From sequence record SRR2962707_5121: 34,108 nt of DNA; one strand, written 5' to 3'. Below, in pieces: positions 18,987 through 27,883 of this stretch (position 1 is the first letter of the stretch; each line of letters begins with the position of its first letter). The position numbers were made by a program, and so were the translations under genes. Below the pieces are notes generated by a model. That model was given only the letters and a program-made list of their open reading frames with translations, was not told the DNA's origin and did no database searches.

Positions 18987-19523
18987 TCACCTGGCGAAAA
19001 ATGGCACCACCCAGACGAACAACAGAAGAAACGCCACCACACCCAAAACCACAACGTCGCCTTTCATAAGCCGTTCTTTGCCGGTGCGAATATTTCTTAT
19101 CGTTTGCCACGCATTCCAGCACCCCCGAAGCGAAAACGAGACGACCTCGGCCGCCAACCACCAAATTATGGCCCAAGCCACAATCGAGATGAGCAAGAGC
19201 GCCCAGCCGGGGGTAGAATAGGGGCCAATTTCGAAGAAGGCCAAAATGCCTGGCGTGGCGCTGTCCAAGGCCCTAAGAACTTGGACCGATGGTTCGATGA
19301 ACGAGAACTCGAAACCCTTGGCGACGTCGCGGATGGTGAATTTTCCATCACGCGTTATGTCGCCACCGGGCGACAAGCTGACGAAATACCACGCGCGGCC
19401 AATAATCCAGATCGGCACGCCGATGAGAGCGACGAATATGCCGAGTATGTGCGCGCTTTCCCGGCGCATATGGAGAGCCTGAAGCGCTTCATACGCATCT
19501 CGGCGGTTGTCTGCTTCCGTCAT
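18987..19523 (-). CDS. Hypothetical integral membrane protein (about 3 TM)
   Basis: Hydrophobic stretches ILGIFVALIGVPIWII, WALLLISIVAWAIIWWL and VVVLGVVAFLLLFVWVVPFF. Confidence 0.7.
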   Translation of the reverse strand: MTEADNRRDAYEALQALHMRRESAHILGIFVALIGVPIWIIGRAWYFVSLSPGGDITRDGKFTIRDVAKGFEFSFIEPSVQVLRALDSATPGILAFFEIGPYSTPGWALLLISIVAWAIIWWLAAEVVSFSLRGCWNAWQTIRNIRTGKERLMKGDVVVLGVVAFLLLFVWVVPFFAR

Positions 19524-19675
19524 GAGCCCCACCCCGTTCACGGAGATTCTGCATTAAGTGCAGCGCGGCCGCAATACAATGTGAAGCCTGGCCAAGATGT
19601 AGGGAAGCAATCGTTGGCTGCTGACCGACTATTCTGGTGTTGCCTGATTGGTTGGCCCGATTACTGAGGGGCGCC

Positions 19676-19777
19676 TCAGCGTCCTTGGCCGCGCACCATA
19701 ACCATGGCAACGGTTGCCACTGTCCCGCCGATCATAATCCCAACGACAAGGCCGACCAGTAAGCTGAATAGGTCCAT
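19676..19777 (-). CDS. 33-aa single-TM peptide
   Basis: GGGGGA RBS, then MDLFSLLVGLVVGIMIGGTVATVAMVMVRGQGR. Confidence 0.55.
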   Translation of the reverse strand: MDLFSLLVGLVVGIMIGGTVATVAMVMVRGQGR

Positions 19778-19885
19778 CTGATCCCCCAATAAGATGCCGC
19801 CCGCCAGGCGCGGCGCCCTGCACGGCGGGCGGCCCTTTGCAACGCATGGAAGGTGTTGCCCCAGTACCCTGACACAGGCGGCGAG

Positions 19886-19930
19886 AAAAAACGAGCCGCC
19901 TGCGGGCTTGGGGGCATTGCAGACGGCTCG
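19886..19930 (-). terminator. Rho-independent terminator after the ejection-like genes
   Basis: Minus strand reads CGAGCCGTCTGC-loop-GCAGGCGGCTCG followed by TTTTTT. Confidence 0.75.
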
Positions 19931-20044
19931 GCGGCCGTTGAAAATCAACTTGCCGCAACAGATAACGCGATGCCGGTATCTAATGTTCTGGCAGGTGTTC
20001 GGTTGACTGGCCACCATCGCAAACACGGCTCTTTGAACGGAGTC

Positions 20045-22690
20045 TTAGCGCGCGCCCGCCATAATCAAATCCACCAGATCGGGCTCTCGCTCGTCAGTCG
20101 TCGCCGCCGCTCCGCCGATCATGCCGGTCGCAGTACGGGAAAGCACCTGGGACAGCTTGCCCTCCTGCTGCGGCGTGATGCGATCGCTCGGGGTCAACAA
20201 GATTTCGAAAAGCTCCCGATCGCCGGCCACCGCCTGCCGGATCAATCCCTCTGCGCGGTCGAGCGTCAGCGTTTCGAGAATGCGTTGCATCCGCTGCGAG
20301 GCGAAGTTCGCCGTGAGCAGCGATGCGCCGCTCGTACCCCGACCGGCCTGGGCGCCCATGCGGGCGGCGAGCGTCCTGGCGATCATGCTGACCATCGAAT
20401 TGGGCTCGCCTTCCATGACGCCGCCGACATTGGGCAAGCGGCCCTGCATGGTCTCAAAGCGGGCGAGCTCGTCGGCGATCGCCGCGAACCGCGACCGTTC
20501 TTCCATCGAAAGCAGATTGTTGGCCACCGCCAGCACGCGATTGTCGGCCAGGGCGTTCTGCATGGCCCGCCCGGAAAGGATCGGTGCGCCTGTGTCATCG
20601 AAAGCGCCCGTGCGCGATCGGGCCATCAGTTCATCAACGAAAGCGCCTTTAAGACCGAAAAGAGCCTGGCCAGTCGGGTCACCGGCCGCCTGGGCGACAA
20701 GCTGGGCCGTCGCCTGCTGTGGGTTCGACGCGTTGATGATCGAGCGGATTTCCTCATTGGGCCTCGCGCTGGAGAAAAGAAGCGGCGCCGATTGCCGTGA
20801 ATTGAGCATCGAGGATGTCTCATCGATCCGCTGGAAAAACGCTTCGGCGGCATCGGTCGGCAGGATCATGCCGATCTTATCGCGCACTGCGCGGCTGGAA
20901 AGCTGGGTAAGGGCCTGCTGGGCTTCACGAATGCCCACGTCCGGGTTCGCCATCGCGGCGCGAACGTTCGAAAGCGTCTCATCGAGATAGGACCGCACGC
21001 CTTGGCGCACAAAGGCGAGCTCGGGCTCGGTCATATCGGCAAGCCGCTCGGCGGCGAAGTCGCGCGCCGTGCCTGACCTGAGTAAATCCTGGCCGAACAG
21101 AAGTGCGTTGCGCTGCTGGATCGGCGTAGCGGCCGTGGCCACCGCTTCACCATATTGCGGGTTGGCCTCGCCCAGCGCGCCGCGAATATCACGCGCCAGA
21201 TTGCCCATGACGCGGCCGATGTCGGTCGTGCCACCAAGAGCACCTTGCCCGTCGCCGCTCGCGGCCATCTGGTTGAGGGCGCGGGTGATGTAATCGATCT
21301 GCCGGGTGTCGGGCATCCGAGCAAACGTCACGGTGCCATCCTGGCCGATATTGGCCATGATCTGCTCCGACTGGATGCCCTCGCCCGCCATAAGCCGGTT
21401 CGCCAGCGCGATTGCACCGGGCGCGGCGCGCTCGACGCGACCGATCAAGCCTTCGAGCGTTCGGCCTGCCTCACCAGCGTAGTCGATCGGCTGGGCATAT
21501 GCAGCGTCGTAGGCGGTGCTGCGCGCCGGCTGGCTTCCCGTGCGAAGAGCGGTCGAAACGTTGGTGACGCCAAGCGGCCGCCCGAATGCTTGGTCGAGCG
21601 TAGCGCCGAGACCGTCGACGCTCTGCTGGACGGTTTGCGCCATGTATTGGCGCGCCGCGGTGCTCGGGACGCCCTGGGCGGGCGCCGCGAGTTCGTCGCG
21701 CAGGATCTGCCCGCTGCCCAGCTCGCGATCACGCATGATCAGGTCAATGGTCGGATCAGTGTCGCGCACGGTCTGCTCGAGGCCCATGAGGCGCCTTTCG
21801 CCTGTCGAGACGGCCGGGGAAAGATCGCTGATCGTCGGCGTATTGAGCGCGTTGATTGCAGCGTCGGGATCTTCGACCAGTCCGGCAACGCGGCTGCGGG
21901 CACGCTCCAACGCCCCCACTTCGGTGAACGGGGCGATTTCGCTGGCGGCAAGCCGGGAGCCCGCAGCGATGGCGCCGCCGATCCCCGGAGTGTGCTGGAC
22001 CCCTTGCCACCCAAGATATGGGCCGGCGCCGCCGGCTACGCCCCCGACGAGCGCGCCCAGCGTCGAGGCGACGGGATTATCGGGCGCAACGCGATTGGCG
22101 ACGTCCATGCCAGCCCCGGCCCCGGCGCCCGCTGCAATCTCGGACGCGAAACCGCGAACCGGCGTTTGAACGAATGGCTGGGTGAGCGTGTTGCCCACAG
22201 CTTGCGCCATCGGCGAGGCCGTGGACGACATGAGACGCCCCGCCACCCCTACCGGGCCGATCGCACCCGCTGCGCCGCCTGCACCGGCGAAAATATGCTC
22301 GATCAGCGTCTCGGGCTGAATATCGGGCGGGGCCGCGTCGAAGCCCATGGCGTTGAGGCCGCGGTTGATACTGGCCGATCCGCCGAAAGGCTCGTCGATC
22401 GTCGGGATTCCCCAGCCCGTAACGGCATTGACCCCGGAAACACCCGCGTTGAGCGCCCCAGAGATGGCATCTACGGGAATGCCGAGCCCCTGAGCGAGCC
22501 CCTGATTGAGAAACGCGCCCAAGTGCGGCCGCTGCTCGGGGGCCGGTTCAGCGCTGCCATCGCCATCCAGGACAAAGCCGTCGGGCGGCGGAGGGGGGTC
22601 GGAATACCGAACCGTAATCTGCAACGGCGCGCCCGGTACGTGCGGCGGCTGATCAAGGACGAACCCGGAAGGCAAATTGACGCTCGCCAT
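20045..22690 (-). CDS. Large putative phage DNA-ejection / internal virion protein (881 aa)
   Basis: N-terminal duplicated P(S/D)GFVLD motif, a Gly/Ala-rich hydrophobic region, then a long Ala/Arg/Gln-rich helical body. Coupled to the upstream gene by TAATG. Architecture recalls podovirus DNA-transfer proteins (P22 gp16-like position). Confidence 0.65.
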   Translation of the reverse strand: MASVNLPSGFVLDQPPHVPGAPLQITVRYSDPPPPPDGFVLDGDGSAEPAPEQRPHLGAFLNQGLAQGLGIPVDAISGALNAGVSGVNAVTGWGIPTIDEPFGGSASINRGLNAMGFDAAPPDIQPETLIEHIFAGAGGAAGAIGPVGVAGRLMSSTASPMAQAVGNTLTQPFVQTPVRGFASEIAAGAGAGAGMDVANRVAPDNPVASTLGALVGGVAGGAGPYLGWQGVQHTPGIGGAIAAGSRLAASEIAPFTEVGALERARSRVAGLVEDPDAAINALNTPTISDLSPAVSTGERRLMGLEQTVRDTDPTIDLIMRDRELGSGQILRDELAAPAQGVPSTAARQYMAQTVQQSVDGLGATLDQAFGRPLGVTNVSTALRTGSQPARSTAYDAAYAQPIDYAGEAGRTLEGLIGRVERAAPGAIALANRLMAGEGIQSEQIMANIGQDGTVTFARMPDTRQIDYITRALNQMAASGDGQGALGGTTDIGRVMGNLARDIRGALGEANPQYGEAVATAATPIQQRNALLFGQDLLRSGTARDFAAERLADMTEPELAFVRQGVRSYLDETLSNVRAAMANPDVGIREAQQALTQLSSRAVRDKIGMILPTDAAEAFFQRIDETSSMLNSRQSAPLLFSSARPNEEIRSIINASNPQQATAQLVAQAAGDPTGQALFGLKGAFVDELMARSRTGAFDDTGAPILSGRAMQNALADNRVLAVANNLLSMEERSRFAAIADELARFETMQGRLPNVGGVMEGEPNSMVSMIARTLAARMGAQAGRGTSGASLLTANFASQRMQRILETLTLDRAEGLIRQAVAGDRELFEILLTPSDRITPQQEGKLSQVLSRTATGMIGGAAATTDEREPDLVDLIMAGAR

Positions 22691-24294
22691 TACATCGGCT
22701 CCCATTGTCCGCTGCGGAAGATGACACGCTCACCCGTGGTGGGGTTCGTGGCCGTTGCGCCTTCTTGCGGCCCGGCGTCACCCGGCGACGGTGGCACGGG
22801 CGGGCTCGGGGGTGAGGGCGGGGCTGGCGTCGGTGTCTGCCCACCGCCATCGAATGATTGCAGAGCGTCGGTAACGCGACCGATTGCGGCCCGCAGTCCG
22901 ATCACGCGGGTTTCGGTTTCCTGCCGATTGGTTGGGCTCAAGTCGCCGCGCAAGGTTTCCTCGGCGGTGCTCAACTCGTCGGTGAGCGAGCGGCCCAACG
23001 CCGTGAGTTTTGATTGGGCGGTGCCTGAACCTTCAAAGACGTTCCCCGCGCGTGGCGTAAGCGCCTGGATATTCTGCAAGAGCCACGACGGTGGTTGGCG
23101 CGGATACGCTGAGGCGATGTCGTTAAGCAGCGTCTCCCGGAGCACATCGAAGTCCGATTGCGTCTGCTGGACCTCGGGATATGGCGCACCAGCGCCCACC
23201 GCGTCGAAAACGGTATTGATGCCGCCTGTGAGGGCACCGCCGACGCCAAAGGCTTCAGGCGAGTTGGAGAAGCGAGTGCCGAAGGGGCTTTCGCTGTTTT
23301 CTTCGTCGCGCATGATGGCGTCGAGCGTCGGATCGGTCGCGTCACCTACCGCGTTGAAAGCCCCGTCGAAGGTGCCACCGCCCGCTGGCGTTGCGGCGCC
23401 ACCGCGCGAAACGGGTTCGCCCGTTGCCACGTCCAGAACAAGCGCATCGCCCGTGACCGGGTGACGGCTCACGGTGTAGCGATTATCGACGATGCCGATT
23501 GCGAGGTTCCGCGCTTCGCTGGGATCGGCTGTAAGGCCCGTATCGATGAACTGCTGCGACAGGCGGTCAATCTGGGCTTCGGCGGCGCTGCTGCCACCGC
23601 CGGAAGCCGCTGGCGTTGCCCCGGTCCGGGTTGCGGCGCCCGGTGTCATGAACACCGGCTGTCCGTCCGGCCCAAGTGCCTCAACAGGCGTGCGCTCGCC
23701 CATGATGGTGTCGTGAATGTCCTGATCGGAGAGCATCCCCGACATACGCAGACGCTCGCTCTGCGCGGCGTCCCACTCGCTTTCCGTCAGCGGCTTTTCA
23801 GGACCGGCGAACATTCCACCACCGGCCGAATGCGTAACTTCGCCAGGCGCAAGATTGATGTTGCCCGTCATGATCTGCGGCAAGCCGGTCGCGCCTTGGG
23901 TCTGACCAGGCAGAAAGGCTGTCTGGTTCTCATTAACGAGAATGGGCGCTGCGTTCTGGCGATCGAGCGCGCCAGCATTGTTGATGTTGGCAACGTCGAG
24001 CGCTGAACGATGGCCCACGTCCTGCCCACGCATGGTCGTGGCGTTGTTCCGGTCCACCGCTGTCATCGACTGGCTGGGGTTGAACATGCCAGCACCGACG
24101 CCTTGGCGACTGATCGCTTCCCAGTCCGTATTTGGATCTTGGGTCAGGGCGTAGAACTCGGCGAGACGCTGGGCCTGCTGGCGCGTGGCATTGGCGCTCG
24201 CATATCCCGCGAGTTCTTGCCCTGACGGCGGGCGAAAAATTTCTGCTAAGTTTTGCGCGGCTTGGGCCAAGGCAGGATTGTTCACAACGGCCAT
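22690..24294 (-). CDS. Putative phage DNA-ejection / internal virion protein (534 aa)
   Basis: Gln/Ala/Asn-rich N-terminus with NNATTMRGQD, a Pro-rich linker, and C-terminal EGATATNPTTGERVIFRSGQWEPM, a motif type I associate with podovirus DNA-transfer proteins. GAAGGGG RBS. Confidence 0.65.
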   Translation of the reverse strand: MAVVNNPALAQAAQNLAEIFRPPSGQELAGYASANATRQQAQRLAEFYALTQDPNTDWEAISRQGVGAGMFNPSQSMTAVDRNNATTMRGQDVGHRSALDVANINNAGALDRQNAAPILVNENQTAFLPGQTQGATGLPQIMTGNINLAPGEVTHSAGGGMFAGPEKPLTESEWDAAQSERLRMSGMLSDQDIHDTIMGERTPVEALGPDGQPVFMTPGAATRTGATPAASGGGSSAAEAQIDRLSQQFIDTGLTADPSEARNLAIGIVDNRYTVSRHPVTGDALVLDVATGEPVSRGGAATPAGGGTFDGAFNAVGDATDPTLDAIMRDEENSESPFGTRFSNSPEAFGVGGALTGGINTVFDAVGAGAPYPEVQQTQSDFDVLRETLLNDIASAYPRQPPSWLLQNIQALTPRAGNVFEGSGTAQSKLTALGRSLTDELSTAEETLRGDLSPTNRQETETRVIGLRAAIGRVTDALQSFDGGGQTPTPAPPSPPSPPVPPSPGDAGPQEGATATNPTTGERVIFRSGQWEPM

Positions 24295-24307
24295 GAGATT
24301 GCCCCTT

Positions 24308-24790
24308 CTAGTGGACGGGATCGGAGGGAAGACGCGGCGTATCCATCAGCCGCTTCATGTGGAGGGCATGGGCAAGCGGAAATCCTCGGCCGCGAAGATC
24401 GCGGTCGTGAAAAGCGAGCTTGAGCCGCGCCGAGAGAATGCAGGAGTAGTTGAGCCGGTCATGGTGAAACTCGTCCCGCCCGACCGTGAGCAGCCCGGAG
24501 GCGTTGCCCAACATGAAATAAATGTCTTCGGCGGTGATATCGTCTGCCACCGCTTCTGCGAGTGCGGGCGCGATGCCGAAAAGGGCTTCGTGCATCGCCT
24601 GCGCCAGTTCGGCACCCAATTGTGTCAGGTCCGGGCTTATCACTGCGGCTTGGCAAAGCGCATCGAGGGCGTTGGAAACATCGACGAGAATTAAACTCTG
24701 CCTCGGCTTGGTGCGCTTGATCAGCCCAAGGGCGCCGTGAACGCGTTCGTGCGCTGCCTGCTGGTGGGATTGCGCATCGGGTACGGTCAA
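24308..24790 (-). CDS. Hypothetical protein (160 aa)
   Basis: TTG start overlapping the upstream TGA, with GGAG RBS. Its stop is 14 bp before the next ATG. Confidence 0.6.
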   Translation of the reverse strand: MTVPDAQSHQQAAHERVHGALGLIKRTKPRQSLILVDVSNALDALCQAAVISPDLTQLGAELAQAMHEALFGIAPALAEAVADDITAEDIYFMLGNASGLLTVGRDEFHHDRLNYSCILSARLKLAFHDRDLRGRGFPLAHALHMKRLMDTPRLPSDPVH

Positions 24791-25371
24791 GTCGCCAACT
24801 CCGGTTTTGAAGCGGAGCCCAATGCAATCGAGCGGAGGTCTGCGACGTCCTTGGCGGCGCGCTCCTTCATCCGCTCTTCGATTTCTTCGGCCAAGCAGAT
24901 GTTGTGCATCAGGTTTTGGAAGATCCGAGCGTAGGCGTAGATATCGAGCCGCTCGTCGTCTGACGGCCCAAGACGGAAAAGATCGTAAGTCCAAAGCTCA
25001 ACGATCTTTTCCAGAGTGTCGAACCCGTGGCGGGTGATCTGGCGCGTTACCGGGGTATCTTCCCAGAACATGCAGGGGTTGGCCCACCGCGCGGCTCGGG
25101 CAGCGTTCAGAACACGATCGCGCTGGCTGGGGGTGAGATAACCCTTATCGTCGCCCTTCCGCCCCGCCCGCCGGCTGTGCACAACCGCGCTGCTGAAAAC
25201 GTGCGACAGGCAATAATATCTGTCGTGGCCCTTGGCGACGGAATTGAGCCAGCCAATGACTACCTCCGCATTGTAGTAATCTTCGTCGTGCTCCGGCGGA
25301 ATGGGCGGCTCGCCCTCGAACTCGGGCGTACCTTCAAAGAGCGAACTTACATCGTTGCTGTCATCCGACAT
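24787..25371 (-). CDS. Hypothetical protein (194 aa), first gene of the ejection-gene operon
   Basis: GGAG RBS before ATG 25371; acidic N-terminus. Confidence 0.65.
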   Translation of the reverse strand: MSDDSNDVSSLFEGTPEFEGEPPIPPEHDEDYYNAEVVIGWLNSVAKGHDRYYCLSHVFSSAVVHSRRAGRKGDDKGYLTPSQRDRVLNAARAARWANPCMFWEDTPVTRQITRHGFDTLEKIVELWTYDLFRLGPSDDERLDIYAYARIFQNLMHNICLAEEIEERMKERAAKDVADLRSIALGSASKPELAT

Positions 25372-25834
25372 GCGCGAAAACTCCAATGTTTCATGGAGAA
25401 TACCGGCGCGGCTGTTGAGTAAGAAGCGGGGGGTATCTGCGCAAAAAACTCAACTCGGGAGCGGTTGAAACGCAAGGACAAGACGTCAAAAGTTCACGCG
25501 CGGCATAAATTGGTATGGCGGTCGGTTGACGTTTCAGCGCGGCAATTTGGACCGGGCCAGGGGGGTGATCCGGGGGTCGGGTGCCACTGGTGCGATCGGC
25601 ACGTTCCTCCACCGCCACCGAACGACACTTCGACTGCGCAAAATGTTGGATTGGTCGGGAGCGTCGAACGACAGCGCGGACAGGAGCCAACAAATCAAGG
25701 GCCACCGTCCGACACGCCGATAAGCCATTGTTTTTGCTATGAAACAAAGTGTCGTTGTAGGCCAATCCATTGCTTGCCAGACACGCCTTCGTCTGCCCAG
25801 AATTGCGCATCAACCCAAAGAAAAGGACTGACCA

Positions 25835-26158
25835 ATGACCAATCGCAAAGCCCAAGACCTCGAAGATCGCGCCCACCACATCGCTAATGCTCTCTTGGTC
25901 GCGGATGAGCCTGACAGCCGGGCGCATCAAATCGCTCGTTCTGCTGAGGCGCTTATTGAAGAACTTAAACAGGTCGTGGGTGCTGAGAAAGCCATTGTGC
26001 TTGCAGAAGGCATCAGGCAGCGCGCCGAGCGGCTTTCTGACGATCTCGACCCTTACAATCCCGATAGCCTCGTGCCGCCCGCACGCCCTGACTGGTTGGG
26101 CGCCGCTCAACTCGCCGTGCGGTATGGCGTAAACGTGGTGCCCTTCGCCCCTCGCTAA
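25835..26158 (+). CDS. Hypothetical helical protein (107 aa)
   Basis: AAAGGA RBS; followed directly by a terminator. Confidence 0.7.
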   Translation: MTNRKAQDLEDRAHHIANALLVADEPDSRAHQIARSAEALIEELKQVVGAEKAIVLAEGIRQRAERLSDDLDPYNPDSLVPPARPDWLGAAQLAVRYGVNVVPFAPR

Positions 26159-26179
26159 CACCGTCCGCCCTGACCGAAG

Positions 26180-26205
26180 AGCCCGGCCATCGCGCCGGGC
26201 TTTTT
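26180..26205 (+). terminator. Rho-independent terminator
   Basis: AGCCCGGC-CATCGC-GCCGGGCT followed by TTTT. Confidence 0.8.
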
Positions 26206-26206
26206 C

Positions 26207-26326
26207 GTGTCCGATTTGCGTACACGCACACGCTACAGCGCAAAACGCGCAAAAAATGTCCGATTAGGGTTGTCTCAAAACTCAATATGCGTCATTCCTA
26301 TAATGTCTATAACCCAAATAGGACAC
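26207..26326. promoter_or_regulatory. Putative res site upstream of the serine resolvase
   Basis: Related half-sites GTGTCCGATTTG (26207), ATGTCCGATTAGGGTT (26256) and inverted AACCCAAATAGGACAC (26311-26326) in an AT-rich spacer. Confidence 0.65.
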
Positions 26327-26332
26327 TTCGAC

Positions 26333-26878
26333 ATGATTGTAGGATACGCACGGGTATCATCGACCGGGCAGAACGAAACGGCCCAGGTCGAGATATTGAA
26401 GGACAAGGGCGCTGAGAAGGTCTTTGTCGATAAGGCCAGCGGCACCAGTCGCAAAGGACGTGAGAAGCTTGCACAGGCGATCGAGTGGGTGCGACCTCGT
26501 GACGTCCTGATGGTGACGCGGCTAGACCGGCTCGCCCGGTCTGTGAGCGACCTTCACAACATTGCAAAAGAGTTGGAAGCCAAGAATGTGGACCTGATCG
26601 TCACCGAGCAGAACATCGACACGACAACGCCAACCGGGCGGCTCATGTTCAATGTGCTGGGGTCGATCGCCGAGTTCGAAAACGATCTGCGGAAAGAGCG
26701 CCAGGCGGAAGGCATAACCAAGGCCAAAGCGGAAGGGCGCTACAAGGGGCGCCCCGCCAAGATCGACCCCAACGCGATCAAAGCGGCGCTCGATGCTGGC
26801 GACAAGCCTACCGAAGTGGCGCGGCGCTTCAATGTAGCGCGCTCGTCGGTCTATCGGCTGGCGGCTTCGGTCAATTGA
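26333..26878 (+). CDS. Serine recombinase (resolvase)
   Basis: MIVGYARVSS, VTRLDRLARS, TPTGRLMFNVLGSIAEFE, C-terminal HTH (VARRFNVARSSVYR). Confidence 0.93.
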   Translation: MIVGYARVSSTGQNETAQVEILKDKGAEKVFVDKASGTSRKGREKLAQAIEWVRPRDVLMVTRLDRLARSVSDLHNIAKELEAKNVDLIVTEQNIDTTTPTGRLMFNVLGSIAEFENDLRKERQAEGITKAKAEGRYKGRPAKIDPNAIKAALDAGDKPTEVARRFNVARSSVYRLAASVN

Positions 26879-27218
26879 AAATGTCGTCGGCCTGATCGTC
26901 TTCGTCGAGATCGTCCCCTGTCGACTTTTCCTGGAATATCCCCATGGACATCGCGACGGCGGCAGAAAGCTCTTCCGGGCTCATTTCGTGGGGTTCTTTT
27001 TCCAACTGAACGCCGTTGCCGCGTTCCAGCAGCCTTGCGGCTTGCAACAGTGTGCGCGAGGCGGACGCGCGGGCGTTGGCCGGTGATTTTTGATCGCCGG
27101 CGACTGATAGCGCTGCCTCATAACCGGCCAGCGCGCCCTCAGTTTGTATTCTGTAGAGTAGATCGGCCTGGATTTGCCGCACCGTCGGCTTTCTGGGCTC
27201 TGTCGGTTCTTTCGCCAT
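26871..27218 (-). CDS. Hypothetical protein, possibly terminase small subunit-like
   Basis: Helical A..ARASASRTLL...LLER and EMSPEEL segments, acidic tail, GAAAGGA RBS; directly downstream of the HGGxSTG gene. Confidence 0.45.
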   Translation of the reverse strand: MAKEPTEPRKPTVRQIQADLLYRIQTEGALAGYEAALSVAGDQKSPANARASASRTLLQAARLLERGNGVQLEKEPHEMSPEELSAAVAMSMGIFQEKSTGDDLDEDDQADDIFN

Positions 27219-27229
27219 ATCGTTTCCTT

Positions 27230-27757
27230 TCAATCAAAAATGCTGCCGCGCCGAAGGGCAAGCGCATCGGCTTCAAGTTGCGCGATAACCTTGTCGATCG
27301 CTTCCATTTCGGGGTTGCTTGGACGAGGTGGTGGCGCTGCTAAGGTCTTGCGCATCGCTGCGGCCTGCTCACGGCGCAAACGCACCTCGCGACGACGCGC
27401 GGCAGATCCGGCCGGGTGTTCCTTGTGCCACTTCTCATATGCCGCGCGGCGTTCGGGGTTCATATCCCGGAGCATCTGTTTCCGCTGCGCGCGGGCGCGA
27501 TCGAGGTCCTCTTCTTTCTGGTGCAGCTTTTCGATCGGGGAGTTTTTGTTCGGCCAACGCGTTTTGTGCCAGTTGTCGCCCTTCGGGGTTCGGCCGCCAT
27601 GCAAGCAACAACGCCCATTTGCCATTGCCAGGCGCTTGCAGGGTTCGCCCGTCGATTTCGCCTTCGCGCCGCATTTTGCCGCGTAGGGACGCATCAACGT
27701 GTTCCATATCTGGATAGCGCGCCGGCCGTTTTCTGATCGCCTGATCGATTTGCTCAT
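27230..27757 (-). CDS. HGGxSTG domain-containing protein
   Basis: CGAKAKSTGEPCKRLAMANGRCCLHGGRTP. Confidence 0.8.
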   Translation of the reverse strand: MSKSIRRSENGRRAIQIWNTLMRPYAAKCGAKAKSTGEPCKRLAMANGRCCLHGGRTPKGDNWHKTRWPNKNSPIEKLHQKEEDLDRARAQRKQMLRDMNPERRAAYEKWHKEHPAGSAARRREVRLRREQAAAMRKTLAAPPPRPSNPEMEAIDKVIAQLEADALALRRGSIFD

Positions 27758-27883
27758 ATCCCGACCCCCATTTTAGAATAGCGTTCTTGAGGTATGATCG
27801 CGCGAACAGCCCTAAGCGGGGCGTTCCGCCCGCTCAACCTCTTGGACAATTTGTCTAAACAGCGAAGAACAGCCCGAACCGGG

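Noticed and set aside
21155-23464. 769-aa plus-strand ORF
   Set aside because: Antisense shadow of the two coupled minus-strand genes; Arg-rich with no motifs.
20045-24294. Tape-measure protein or secreted polymorphic toxin
   Set aside because: No tail genes, signal peptide, RTX/RHS repeats, secretion genes or recognisable C-terminal toxin/immunity pair.
25576-25586. GTCGGGTGCCA as a second att site
   Set aside because: Only a short gapped similarity to the tRNA end (GTCGGGTGCGCCA), with no T-arm. Likely chance in GC-rich DNA.
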